A stretch of DNA of 64,000 bases. Origin: Octopus bimaculoides (lineage: Eukaryota). The notes beneath the pieces were generated by a model. The model did no database searches, was not told where the DNA came from, and worked only from the letters and a program-made list of their open reading frames with translations. Shown here one piece after another: positions 50,351-63,479 of this stretch (its first letter is position 1; every line of letters begins with the position of its first letter). Location of the stretch: contig NC_068984.1 in the NCBI RefSeq assembly GCF_001194135.2, positions 29,293,329-29,357,328 on the forward strand, written 5' to 3'. The translations under genes and the position numbers were made by a program.

Positions 50351-51654
50351 CCTGCCAAGAAAAGAGGGTGGCTGTGGATTTTTACAACTGGAATTAACAA
50401 TGAAGATTGCCACATTTAACTTTAGGCCCAACCTGAAAAACTCTGATGATTGGATGTTACGACTTGTCTTAAAGCATGAAAACAAGAAAGCTTCATACTC
50501 AGTAACAAAACAGGCAAAAAATATCTAAGTGAATTCCAAATACAACAAATCCTACAGTTAGACATATTGGAAACAAGCACAGAAAAAGCCAAACGTGTGA
50601 AAACCCGTACTAAAACTGCTACCTTAGATATTCTTACTGATAAATGGCAAGAAAAAACCTCACAGAGGCAAATACCCAAAGAGTATTAATAATGCCGATA
50701 GTTAGTGTCTTCTGGCTTAAAATCAAAGACAGAAGGGTTTATCATAGCCGCCCAAGATCAATGCCTACCAACAAGAAACTACCAGGCCAACATATGTATG
50801 TAAACAACAAAATGAAGCTATTGATCATGTTGTCTCCATGTGCAGTCTTCTTGCGCCTAGAGGGTATCTCAACGAACATGATAGAGCAGTACAGTATATT
50901 CACAGAGTAATTTGCAAAGACTTGGACCTGCCCCGTGATAAAAAAAAAAAAACTAGTGGGAACACAAACCTTCGCCACTGCTTGAAAATGACCGCATCTC
51001 ACTCCTTTGGAACTTCACCGTTTAAACTAACAGAAAGATATATGCAAATAAGCCAAACATTACATTAAAAGACTTCAAACAAAAATCACGCCTCCTCATT
51101 GATAGGACTCTCAATCGACATAAATATATCTACCAAGACCTACCAAAAGCTGAGCAAGTATAAAGTTCTTGAAATAGAAATTGGCAAATGTGGAACATCA
51201 ACACTAAAACAATATCTGTTGTCATAGGTGCCTTAGGAATGATAGCAAAAGGGGCTGATTGCTGCTTAGCTCAGATACCAGGAAATCTCAAACTGGAAGA
51301 AAGAAAGAAATAGTACTCATGAGAACTGCCCTTATCCTACGTGAAATGTTGTCTATGTAATCCCCAAAATATTTTAATCCGTAAACAGTGTCAAAGTACT
51401 TTTAAATGTACATAACAGCAAACACCTTTTACTGTCATCTTAATATCAGACTGTCATGTTATAATCAAACTACTATTAAAGCAAACTTCTAACTTAGTTA
51501 TGTTTTGACAGACATTCTCTAGAACAATACTCTGTGCAAAACCATATATATGGCACCGTAGTCATATCACCAACTTGAACTTCTAACTTGCTCTTGAGGT
51601 TTCTGGGTGAGACTTGAAGTCAGCTTGGACAAATACAAAGCAAGAGCTAATCAT
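50351..51654 (+). mobile_element. 5'-truncated R4/Dong-clade LINE (post-RT region, RLE endonuclease, 3' UTR) inserted in (TAA)n
   Basis: GLKSKTEGFIIAAQDQCLPTRNYQ, HDRAVQYIHRVICK, LLWNFTV*TNRKIYANKPNI, VVIGALGMI, stop at 51358-51360; (TAA)n on both sides. Confidence 0.88.
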
Positions 51655-51655
51655 A

Positions 51656-51731
<76 letters not shown>

Positions 51732-52277
51732 GTAATAATGATAATGATGATGATGATGATGATGTTGCAGTACCAGGCAGTGGCTCTCATGGGTTCCCAT
51801 CTTAACCGACTGGAAGTGTTATTATGTATATTGTTTTGTCTTGGTATCACGAGCAGAAGTAGTCGGGGAACATCATAGACATGTGTTGTGAGGAATTCAA
51901 TCGGGGTTTGGATAATTCACCTCTGCATGCATGGGCGTTTAGTTCAACATCCTTAAACAACCCTTAGTTAGGGACCTTTTGAGTGGGATGAGCTACTCGA
52001 CCCTGCAATAATGGAAGAAATAGTTCAAATCTATCACAATTTGAACACGGAATTACAATCGAGTGACGCGACTAAACACAACAAATGGATTTGTTGTGTT
52101 CTCTAGTAATTTTACCTTCAATCTAATAGGAAAACGAATTCTGAGGAAGGAAGACTCTGACATAATAAACAAGATACAAACACAGAATATCACAACTTAT
52201 TTCGTATTCAACTTCATACACAATGATTCTCTTAAACATATATAACTACATAGCATGCGAAGATTTATTTGGCATAC

Positions 52278-52319
<42 letters not shown>

Positions 52320-53120
52320 NNNNNNNNNNNNNNNNNNNNNNNNNNNNNNNNNNNNNNNNNNNNNNNNNNNNNNNNNNNNNNNNNNNNNNNNNNNNNNNNN
52401 NNNNNNNNNNNNNNNNNNNNNNNNNNNNNNNNNNNNNNNNNNNNNNNNNNNNNNNNNNNNNNNNNNNNNNNNNNNNNNNNNNNNNNNNNNNNNNNNNNNN
52501 NNNNNNNNNNNNNNNNNNNNNNNNNNNNNNNNNNNNNNNNNNNNNNNNNNNNNNNNNNNNNNNNNNNNNNNNNNNNNNNNNNNNNNNNNNNNNNNNNNNN
52601 NNNNNNNNNNNNNNNNNNNNNNNNNNNNNNNNNNNNNNNNNNNNNNNNNNNNNNNNNNNNNNNNNNNNNNNNNNNNNNNNNNNNNNNNNNNNNNNNNNNN
52701 NNNNNNNNNNNNNNNNNNNNNNNNNNNNNNNNNNNNNNNNNNNNNNNNNNNNNNNNNNNNNNNNNNNNNNNNNNNNNNNNNNNNNNNNNNNNNNNNNNNN
52801 NNNNNNNNNNNNNNNNNNNNNNNNNNNNNNNNNNNNNNNNNNNNNNNNNNNNNNNNNNNNNNNNNNNNNNNNNNNNNNNNNNNNNNNNNNNNNNNNNNNN
52901 NNNNNNNNNNNNNNNNNNNNNNNNNNTATATATATATATATACATGCATACACATCCACATACATACAAACATACATACAAGCATACACACATACATACA
53001 TGCACACATACATACATAAATACATACATGCACACATACATACATACTTACGTACATACAAACATACATACAAACATACATACATGCATACATACATGCA
53101 TGCATACATACATACATACA

Positions 53121-53151
<31 letters not shown>

Positions 53152-53820
53152 CTATGTATGTGTAATATATTACAGTGTTGATAGATATCTTTCAGTAGTA
53201 TGTTTGTAGACCGCAAATACAAGAAGTATATAATAAATACAGTATTATTTTGTGGGGGTTACCCGGACCATAAATACTAAGCAGTATAAAGTTTTCATTT
53301 AGTGGAATTATCCTCAATTAGAGAGTAAGTATACAAACACATAATGTCGGTTATTAATGACTCCGAATGACAAAGGGAATATAATGGCACAGAGACAAAA
53401 TCTCTTTCACGAACATACAAAAATAATATAAAAAAGCCAGTCTAATTCATTTTGCAGAGATAAATATGGGAGCTGTCATCGCATGTTTTTGCTTTATTAG
53501 GCGCCGTCAGCGCTACATTGTCATTCCTTATGTGTAGAGAAAATTTATGGTCTGAGGTAATTTGCAAATATAAACGAGAACGAGCTCAAAGAAATAATTC
53601 AGAGTGGGTAGTAGTATAGATTTAGAAGGCAAAGAAGAAAAAAGCTATATGAAATATTTTACAAGATAAATTGTTGATTTCTTGACATTTTCTTCTGTTC
53701 GAGAAAAAGAAAACAAAGACTTATACTCGATTGCTACCGACTGCGGCGAAGGGGAGAAGGTTACACCCTCGTGGTATCATAAGTCCTCCGAATAAACACG
53801 CCATTAATAATAATAAAAAT

Positions 53821-53998
53821 AGTAACTATCACTAAAGATTTGAACAGATAGGGGAAATAGGCATAAAACCCAGTTTACTACAGCTCCAGAAAACAGCGTT
53901 ATTACGAACAGCTAGGATACTTAGAAAAGTTCTTGGCATCTAAGGTTACTTGTTGTAGCCCTATGTTAGGAGTTTTACTTTCCGAACAGTCTAATGAG
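53821..53998 (+). mobile_element. R4/Dong-like LINE extreme 3' end
   Basis: EIGIKPSLLQLQKTALLRTARILRKVLGI*, a short 3' UTR, then (TAA)n. Confidence 0.8.
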
Positions 53999-54000
53999 TG

Positions 54001-54084
<84 letters not shown>

Positions 54085-54087
<3 letters not shown>

Positions 54088-54329
54088 CGTAGCAAACAAG
54101 CTGATGTCGAGCAGAAACGCACGCATCAGTGGTTACGAAGTTCAGGGCTAAAAGCAGAGAGTGAAGGTTTCATATTGGCTGCTCAAGACCAAAGTTTATT
54201 AACCCGGAACTACAAAGCCAATGTGATAAAAAATGGAGCTGACCCAAAATGCCGATTTTGTAACGATGCGATTGAAACTATAGACCACCTAATCTAAGGG
54301 TGTAGAGTCTTAGCACCTGTAGAATATAA
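54085..54329 (+). pseudogene. 5'-truncated R4/Dong-like LINE starting in (TAA)n and running into a gap
   Basis: HQWLRSSGLKAESEGFILAAQDQSLLTRNYKANVIKNGADPKCRFCNDAIETIDHLI*GC (CCHC knuckle); (TAA)n again after the gap at about 55058. Confidence 0.88.
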
Positions 54330-55066
54330 NNNNNNNNNNNNNNNNNNNNNNNNNNNNNNNNNNNNNNNNNNNNNNNNNNNNNNNNNNNNNNNNNNNNNNN
54401 NNNNNNNNNNNNNNNNNNNNNNNNNNNNNNNNNNNNNNNNNNNNNNNNNNNNNNNNNNNNNNNNNNNNNNNNNNNNNNNNNNNNNNNNNNNNNNNNNNNN
54501 NNNNNNNNNNNNNNNNNNNNNNNNNNNNNNNNNNNNNNNNNNNNNNNNNNNNNNNNNNNNNNNNNNNNNNNNNNNNNNNNNNNNNNNNNNNNNNNNNNNN
54601 NNNNNNNNNNNNNNNNNNNNNNNNNNNNNNNNNNNNNNNNNNNNNNNNNNNNNNNNNNNNNNNNNNNNNNNNNNNNNNNNNNNNNNNNNNNNNNNNNNNN
54701 NNNNNNNNNNNNNNNNNNNNNNNNNNNNNNNNNNNNNNNNNNNNNNNNNNNNNNNNNNNNNNNNNNNNNNNNNNNNNNNNNNNNNNNNNNNNNNNNNNNN
54801 NNNNNNNNNNNNNNNNNNNNNNNNNNNNNNNNNNNNNNNNNNNNNNNNNNNNNNNNNNNNNNNNNNNNNNNNNNNNNNNNNNNNNNNNNNNNNNNNNNNN
54901 NNNNNNNNNNNNNNNNNNNNNNNNNNNNNNNNNNNNNNNNNNNNNNNNNNNNNNNNNNNNNNNNNNNNNNNNNNNNNNNNNNNNNNNNNNNNNNNNNNNN
55001 NNNNNNNNNNNNNNNNNNNNNNNNNNNNGAAATGGAAGAAAATTTGAAGAAAGAAGAAAAAACAAC

Positions 55067-55137
<71 letters not shown>

Positions 55138-55444
55138 TACAAATAGAACAGGTTAAATTGCTTCTTCTCAAGGGCAAGGTCAGTGCTCTCAGTGGTCGCT
55201 GGAAGTAGTAGACACATTTGACCTCTGCTGACCCAAAGAGTGTGAAAATTCTTTTGTCTCTATGGCTGACCTCTCCACCCCGCAACTGCCGAATCCATTT
55301 ATAGACCTGTCGAATTTGAACTATTTACCAAGCTGCTACTCCCCAAACTGTTTCTTTCAACAACCACATGTTCAGGTCTTTAAATTTTGTTCAAGGGCTA
55401 TCTGCAAGCAACGATGCAGATATACGTTCCCAAAACGAAGGGGC

Positions 55445-56030
55445 GGTTTCAAATACAAGAAAACGCTAAACCATTCACTGGTTAAGAACAGATAAACTCA
55501 GTTAGAGAGACTAGAATAAACTGGAGTTATTCAAAAAGTAGAATACTCTGAATGGGCAGCACCAACTGTGTTCGTTAAGAAAAAGAATAATGAAATCAGA
55601 GTGTGTACTGATATTTTCCCAGTGGAATTGAGCCCTAAGCGTAAAAGATATAAAACTCGGAGCGAAGTTCAATACTCAAAAGGGGAGAAGATAGGGGAGT
55701 GTAATTCTAAAAAGGGGAGATGTTGTGGAAGGATTCCGACCCCTCCCCAAGTGAGTAAAAGATGGACTGACTGTCCTGGTGCTTTCCCTTCTGTATTATG
55801 ACCGTAGTGCCAAAATAAAGAATCATCTTGTTGGTAGCAGTTCACTGAGTCTTTGATATAGAGCGTCGACTCTTCTGCAATACCAATAGTAGTGCATCGT
55901 GTATATACTTTCTTCCCACCTGCTTCGTTATATTATATATCTAATACAGAGATATAAAGCATAGTTGAACATTTTGTATGCGCTTATGCTTGTATTATAA
56001 GGCGGAGTTAAGAGACTTTCTTCTATGTGC
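55445..56030 (+). mobile_element. Internally deleted Ty3/Gypsy relic: RT N-terminus, polypurine tract, probable 3' LTR (right end uncertain)
   Basis: LERLE*TGVIQKVEYSEWAAPTVFVKKKNNEIRVCTD; PPT AAAAAGGGGAGA directly followed by TGTTG at 55721. Confidence 0.7.
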
Positions 56031-56727
56031 ATGTATGTATCTAATATATATATATATAATGTAAAGCTGTATATATGCTTGTGTGGCATTTGGGCGTTTG
56101 TGTCTATCTAAATAAGCACATCACGCATGTGACATAACATCTATATCCTTTTAGAGAATAACATCAAAATAGGGATGGTCAAAGGAAGAATTTAAAACCA
56201 CTTTAGTGTAGTCTCTCATATACATATACTACAACCAGTCCGGAAACAGATTTTTCATAAGTAAAAATCTACATTATGTCACTTTCAAACTTTGAACATA
56301 AAAAAGAGTAAAAAATAAATTCTACATTTCATTTAGATGACTTCACAAAAGAAGAAGAGATATAAAGATTCCTGTATGTCTTATTTTCTCTATCAGATAT
56401 CACATTTTAACCCTGAAACTATTGGAAATAGTTGGTGCTTAATCGGTTTCACGCAACCATATGAAAATAAAATTAGTGATTCTCAGCTAGCTGCATTCAC
56501 GAACTTGATAAGACATTTCTTTCTAAATGAATAAAGTGAATTTTGACAGCTTTTTACAACAGATCCAGAATTATAGTTTTGTTTGTTTTTCCATTTCTTA
56601 AAGATAGCCGCCATATTGCGACATCTGAACAATTGCTTCTATTCCATTTCAAACGCATTTAATTGCAGCCTATCTTCCATCTCTCTCTCTCTCTTCTCAA
56701 GCATGGATACACACACACACACACACA

Positions 56728-56776
<49 letters not shown>

Positions 56777-57013
56777 ATGTATATACACATACATATCTTA
56801 TAGGAACATTAAATAGGATACATACACCTTTAATAAGATGTATATATTCAATCTTGAGTTATAACAACTTTATTTATTCATTAACATCGTCTACCGAAGA
56901 TTCTATGATGTTCTGTTCATCCTAAAAACAGTTTACTGCTTGAAAAGAGATATATGAATTATGTGATCAACACGCATCTATGGATGCTCGTGTGAGTGTG
57001 CGTATGTGTACAA

Positions 57014-57045
<32 letters not shown>

Positions 57046-57660
57046 ACACACACACAAACGATATAAAATGTAATCTGATATTCGTCCGGAAAATTTTCAA
57101 ATATCAAAAATGTTGTTTTCCAACTCTCAGTATTATTTAATGCAAGCTGACGGTTCTCTTTAACATGAAACCGTAGTATATGAATATATTTTGCTGTAAG
57201 CAACTTGTTTTACTCTGAGACCTCGGGCTGTGTGATAAAATAATATTATATGCGTGTGTCTGTGTGTGTGAATATATATAAATACATACTCCCCACACAC
57301 GCACACACACGTAAACACACGCACACACGCACGCATGTATGCAGGTATATTATTTAATAAACTAAGGATTTATATGCGAGCTACTATACTATAGGTTTCG
57401 TGCTCAGAGAATACAGTAATCGGATGGGTTGGTATAGTGTGCCGTGTACTATTCTGTTATCTTTCAATGGTAATAATGGTTCTTTGAGAAAAAGTGATTA
57501 ACAAAGGTAAAGAAAAAACAACAAGATAAAAATGAGGTCTGGAGGTAAAGAGTCATAGAGTTATGTTACTTTGACCCGTTTGACGGAGAATACTGGCGAT
57601 ATTTTATAACAGTGGTTAATGAGTTTAATCGAACAGAAGAAGGCTAAAGTTTCTAAGACT

Positions 57661-57884
57661 GTATGTCTAATCCGAAGGGGATGGAGTTCTCTCGGTTTAT
57701 AATAGAGACTTGTCAAGATGCTTGCATCTTGTAAATATTTCCGATCTCGAGTGTCGGCGGTCGAAGGAGATAGGGATAAATAGATCTTGGAACTCGAGAT
57801 AGGACATTTTTACAAGATGCAAGCACCTCTGCAAATTTCTGCTGTTGAACTGGAGAACTCCATCCCTCTGCAGGTTAGGCATAC
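57661..57884. repeat. Old foldback element, arms about 92 bp, 39-nt loop
   Basis: GGGATGGAGTTCTC/GAGAACTCCATCCC and TGCTTGCATCTTGTAAA/TTTACAAGATGCAAGCA pair exactly; the rest is more diverged. Confidence 0.8.
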
Positions 57885-58349
57885 AATCTTATCAATTTTA
57901 GCCTTCCAATATTCCATTAATCCCATTAAGCATTGGTATATATAACTATTGTCAGTAAACTTATTCTATTGAAGCAAACGGACACTGACTTTTCCTTTCT
58001 CTTCTGGCTTTTCTCCTTATTCTTGCTTTTCTTCTCGAAACTTTCCTTGTTCTTTCTTACTTTCTCTCAGCGAGCAGCCATACCATTTTTGTAATTGAAT
58101 GATGCGGGCTAGCACATGGATCACTATACATTCCCCTCCGATTGCTGTACTATCTGTGTATGACACTTGTAATTGAGGCTCAAGAACCAAATAAAGGGCA
58201 GTTTTTCAATCCTGGGATCATCCTGATTCCAAAAAGGTATAGTAAATCTATGTAGAACAAATGCAGACTGAGATACAGACAAGGACAAAATTTTGCTTTC
58301 ATTATTATAGATATATGTATAAAATATTGTATATTGTTTATCTTTAGCT

Positions 58350-58776
58350 TATTTCAGTCATTGGACTACAACCATATTATGGCACCGCACCGCCTAAAAC
58401 GAGACATCCCTAGTACTTATGTTTTTAAAGCCTTCAACTTATTTTGACGGTCTCTTAGCATGAACCGCTAGGCTACAGGGACATTAATAAGCCAGCAACA
58501 GTCGTCAGGCGTTGGTGGGAGACAGACACATACACCCATGAATACACATTCATACACACCTAGATACACATACATACACATACACACATTCACGCACACA
58601 TATATATGCACATTACATATACATACGACGGGATTCATTTAGTCTCCATCTATCAAATCTATTCACAAAGCTTTGGTTGACTCTGAGCTGTAGTAGAAGA
58701 CACACAAGCTGCCATGCAGTGGACTGAACCCTGAAACATGTGGTTGAAAAACAAACTTCCTACCACCCAGACACGC
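58350..58776 (-). mobile_element. Diverged SINE family B copy
   Basis: TATTTCAGTCATT..GAACCGCTAGG..GTAGTAGAAGACAC..GCCATGCAGTGGACTGAACC..CTACCACCCAGACACGC. Confidence 0.65.
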
Positions 58777-58826
58777 TTTATATGTATATGTGTGTATGCA
58801 TATGCATATGCATATAAATAAACCTA

Positions 58827-59207
58827 TGGAGGTGCAATGGCCCAGTGGTTAGGGCAGCGGACTCGCGATCATAGGATCGCGGTTTCGATTCTCAGACCGG
58901 GCGTTGTGAGTGTTTATTGAGCGAAAACACCTAAAGCTCCACGAGGCTCCAGCAGGGGATGGTGGTGAACCCTGCTGTACACTTCCACCACAACTTTCTC
59001 TCACTCTTATTTCCTGTTTCTGTTGTGCTTGTAATTCAAAGGGTCAGCCTTGTCACACTGTGTCACGTTGAATATCCCCAAGAACTACATTAAGGGTACA
59101 CGTGTCTGTGGAGCGCTCAGCCACTTGCACGTTAATTTCACAAGCAGGCTGTTCCGTTGATCGAGTGAACTAGAACCCTCGACGTCGTAAGCGACGGAGT
59201 GCCAACA
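58827..59207 (+). mobile_element. Full-length SINE family A with 13-bp TSD
   Basis: TSD ATAAATAAACCTA at 58814-58826 and 59208-59220; A box TGGCCCAGTGG, B box GGTTTCGATTC. Confidence 0.92.
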
Positions 59208-59360
59208 ATAAATAAACCTACACACACACACACACACGCACACACACACACACACACACACATGTATGTATGCATGTTTGTATTTATGTATGTATATACG
59301 ATACATATATATATATATATATTTACATCTATCTCTCTATCTAGCTTATATATATAAAGC

Positions 59361-59902
59361 CGAAACCGTCGATGGTACACTGTCGGCCATTTAAGGTCGC
59401 TGTCATTATGTAGGCATACGATTATGTGCGTAGATTGCAGTATCAGAACACTTTAGCTCTTATTTCTAGCGTTGTATGTGTTCTAACATCCTCTGTCATA
59501 TTTGATGACAATTATAGTTTTCCTCTTTGGTGATACATTGTTAAACAACTGCTTTATTTAATTATTTGTATACACATTAGCGATTCGCTAAATCATTTAT
59601 AGATTTCTATGGAGTAAACATATATACTGCTGGCGATCTTGTCCGGAATCTGGAAAGGTGGGCCGAACCTGCTGATAAGGTCTCGGTCTTAAGCGAAACC
59701 GTAAACGGTACAGGAATATCACGGTGTCACTTTCGGCTGTCTAAAGTCGCTGTCAGTACGTATACAATTAAGTGCTTTGAGTGTAATATCGGAGCGCTTT
59801 AGCTCTTATTTCTAGCGTTGCAGGAGTTCTAACACGCTCTGCCATACTTAATGACAATTATAGTTTTCGTTTTTGGTGATATATTGCTAAACAGCTGCCT
59901 AA

Positions 59903-59912
<10 letters not shown>
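59361..59912. repeat. Diverged direct duplication of a unit of about 200 bp
   Basis: Shared blocks TTTAGCTCTTATTTCTAGCGTTG, ATGACAATTATAGTTTTC and TTTGGTGATA at about 59450-59535 and 59800-59885. Confidence 0.8.
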
Positions 59913-59940
<28 letters not shown>

Positions 59941-60745
59941 NNNNNNNNNNNNNNNNNNNNNNNNNNNNNNNNNNNNNNNNNNNNNNNNNNNNNNNNNNNN
60001 NNNNNNNNNNNNNNNNNNNNNNNNNNNNNNNNNNNNNNNNNNNNNNNNNNNNNNNNNNNNNNNNNNNNNNNNNNNNNNNNNNNNNNNNNNNNNNNNNNNN
60101 NNNNNNNNNNNNNNNNNNNNNNNNNNNNNNNNNNNNNNNNNNNNNNNNNNNNNNNNNNNNNNNNNNNNNNNNNNNNNNNNNNNNNNNNNNNNNNNNNNNN
60201 NNNNNNNNNNNNNNNNNNNNNNNNNNNNNNNNNNNNNNNNNNNNNNNNNNNNNNNNNNNNNNNNNNNNNNNNNNNNNNNNNNNNNNNNNNNNNNNNNNNN
60301 NNNNNNNNNNNNNNNNNNNNNNNNNNNNNNNNNNNNNNNNNNNNNNNNNNNNNNNNNNNNNNNNNNNNNNNNNNNNNNNNNNNNNNNNNNNNNNNNNNNN
60401 NNNNNNNNNNNNNNNNNNNNNNNNNNNNNNNNNNNNNNNNNNNNNNNNNNNNNNNNNNNNNNNNNNNNNNNNNNNNNNNNNNNNNNNNNNNNNNNNNNNN
60501 NNNNNNNNNNNNNNNNNNNNNNNNNNNNNNNNNNNNNNNNNNNNNNNNNNNNNNNNNNNNNNNNNNNNNNNNNNNNNNNNNNNNNNNNNNNNNNNNNNNN
60601 NNNNNNNNNNNNNNNNNNNNNNNNNNNNNNNNNNNNNNNNNNNNNNNNNNNNNNNNNNNNNNNNNNNNNNNNNNNNNNNNNNNNNNNNNNNNNNNNNNNN
60701 NNNNNNNNNNNNNNNNNNNNNNNNNNNNNNNNNNNNNNNTATATA

Positions 60746-60782
<37 letters not shown>

Positions 60783-60789
60783 TCAGACA

Positions 60790-60836
<47 letters not shown>

Positions 60837-61369
60837 ATATATACGCATTGGTGCATACGTACATACATACATATATGTTTATGTGTGTACATATATACAT
60901 AAATAAATACATGTATGTATATATGTGTTTATGGATGTCTTAGTACAAAATAAATAATGAAATAAAAACGCAGACAAGCGAAAATAATCAAATGTAGGTG
61001 AATAAAGATTAAGAACACTAAAAAAGGGAAATACGTACATTGCTTTAGAGTGAATAAAATACCAGAAAGAAACGAAGGCAAATAATAGAGATCAAAAGGC
61101 TATTATGAGGATGCGACGGAAATAAGGACCAAGGAAGACACAAAATCGCAGTTAAGATTATATTAAATGCCGTATAGCCTGATTACCGAAAAGTTTAGTA
61201 TGTGAAAGCTTATTTAAAGCTTAAAAACATAAGAGGAGCTTTTAGACTTCGGGTTATATCACATATATTTTTAGCAAGTCGTTCAATGATAAATCTTAAA
61301 TTGGTTCCAGTATGTATGTATGTATGTATGTATGTATTATGTATGCATGTATGTATGTATGTATGTATG

Positions 61370-61772
61370 TCATTATTCAGTATTATTTCAAGATTTCTTG
61401 CTAATAGAGAAAGAGCTAGTTTCTGACCTAGATCCAATGTTCCTTCATTGGAATCTTAACACCAACAGGGTATTTTTGTATGTATATATGCCAATTTGTA
61501 TGTTTTGTTGTATGTATGTATTCTCTATAATATAGTTGCTTATCAAGACATACTCATATATACTTAAATGATAAACTTCTGGAAAATTTTACAGATTTTT
61601 ACAGTTCCAGTGATGGATTGAATCTGTAGTATTCGAATCAGCTTTCTCCTTTCTGGTTTTGAGAAGCCTAATTTCTCAAGATTGGTATTTAGGCAATGTG
61701 TTACATATCTCAGAGGCCAAATAATTACAGGTATAAACCTGAACTTGTAATCTGGGTAGAGTAATTGCATGT
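61370..61772 (-). mobile_element. 5'-truncated R4-like RLE LINE 3' end embedded in (CATA)n
   Basis: MQLLYPDYKFRFIPVIIWPLRYVTHCLNTNLEKLGFSKPERRKLIRILQIQSITGTVKICKIFQKFII*, 3' UTR, then (CATA)n; (CATA)-type repeats also on the 5' side. Confidence 0.7.
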
Positions 61773-62237
61773 CTGTATGTATGTATGCATATAAGTATGC
61801 GCGTATGCATGTTGATGTATTTATGCATGTATATAAGTATATGTTTATGTACATGTATATAAACACATATGCACACACACTCACTCCCTCACGCGTACAT
61901 ACACACACATATATAAAACTTATGTAGTGTAGTAGCTAGAGTGTCCGGCTCATGGGTCACATCGTGCAAGCGTCTCTGGGTCAAGAGCGGCAAGGGGCGA
62001 GTGGGTGTCTTTGTCTATTTCCTACTAGAAAGGGCTTCAAAACAAGATTAGCTTTAAAAAAGATTAGCAAAACCATGGCAGAGTTTTGTATGCCGTATTC
62101 GCTCGCGAGTGATGGCTGTTTTTATTTATATACGTACATAAATTCTTACATACGTACGTGCTTATGTATGATGTATGTATTTATGTGTGCATGTATGAAC
62201 GTGTGCATCTATGTATTATGTATGTATGTATGTATGT

Positions 62238-62626
62238 TTTTGTCGTTGGCACTCCGTCGCTTACGACGCTGAGGGTTCCAGTTGATCCGATCAACGGAAC
62301 AGCCTGCTCGTGAAATTAACGTGCAAGTGGCTGAGCACTCCACAGACACGTGCACCCTTAATGTAGTTCTCGGGGATTTTTCAGCATGACACAGTGTGAC
62401 AAGGCTGACCCTTTGAATTACAGGCACAACAGAAACAGGAAGTAATAGTGAGAGAAAGTTGTGGTGGAAGAGTACAGCAGGGTTCGCCACCATCCCCTGC
62501 CGGAGCCTCGTGGAGCTTTAGATGTTTTCGCTCAATAAACACTCACAACGCCCGGTCTGGGAATCGAAACCGCAATCCTATGATCGCGAGTCCGCTACCC
62601 TAACCACTGGGCCATTGCGCCTCCAC
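62238..62626 (-). mobile_element. Full-length SINE family A inserted in (TATG)n
   Basis: Head GTGGAGGCGCAATGGCCCAGTGGTTAGGG; matches the other three copies. Confidence 0.9.
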
Positions 62627-63109
62627 ATGTATGTATGTATGTATGTATGTATGTATGTATGTATGTATGTATGTATGTATCTACACACACATACACACAA
62701 TTTCGCATTTGTCTAGTCTTGACCCTGTCGTATAGCCGAAAAGCCTTCTTGTTTATTGTTTGTTCATTTTCGATCAAATCTCATGCGAGTTAACATGGGA
62801 TCCTTTTGACAACAATTTTATCCTTCATTTGATCTGAGTTTCTGCTAGCAAGGAAACACATGTAGCCTGGATTTTATCTACTCCTTTCCATAATTTTGCA
62901 TCTATTATTCGCATTTACAGCAACCCCACTTGCTAACCGTGAACTATAAAATAACTTATTTCAGGTTATCGAATTTCGATATGGGGAAAATTTACAACCT
63001 TCTACATTAATAAACGACTATTGTTCCAGAAAGTTGTTTTTTTTTTTATACCTTCTACGGACTGCTCGATGCTTACTAGCTTTCTACACCTTGATCCTTA
63101 CCTTTAGAC

Positions 63110-63176
<67 letters not shown>

Positions 63177-63186
63177 CATCTATCTA

Positions 63187-63345
63187 TTTCAGTCATTTGA
63201 TTGCGGGCATACTGGAGCAGCGCCTTTAGTCGAGCAAATCGACCTCAGGACTTATTCTTTGGAAGCCTAGTACTTATTCTATCGATCTGTTTTACCGAAC
63301 CGCATCCGCATCGTTTGTCAACGATGTTGGAGACACACACACACA
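63187..63345 (-). mobile_element. SINE family B, 3' part
   Basis: TTTCAGTCATTTGA..CTGGAGCAGCGCCTTTAGTCGAGCAAATCGACC..CCTAGTACTTATTCTATCG. Confidence 0.8.
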
Positions 63346-63479
63346 CACGCACACACATATATAGGCCCTCCACTGTTAGCTCTGTGAAGATTATTTCTAA
63401 GTTCAGCGAATGAAGCTGAAATGTATGGGTATGATAGACATTTTTAGAAACTGAAGGTTTTTGTATCCTTAGTTTAATG

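Noticed and set aside
53458-53556. Exon-like segment with TTTTGCAG acceptor and GAG|GTAATT donor
   Set aside because: All three frames contain stops; it could only be non-coding or terminal, and has no other support.
56607-56618. YY1 consensus GCCGCCATATTG
   Set aside because: An isolated motif with no other promoter features; such motifs are also common in TE ends.
57985-58230. Long polypyrimidine tract + AG (terminal exon?) or Lys/Glu-rich minus-strand frame
   Set aside because: Low-complexity purine/pyrimidine tract with stops within a few codons.
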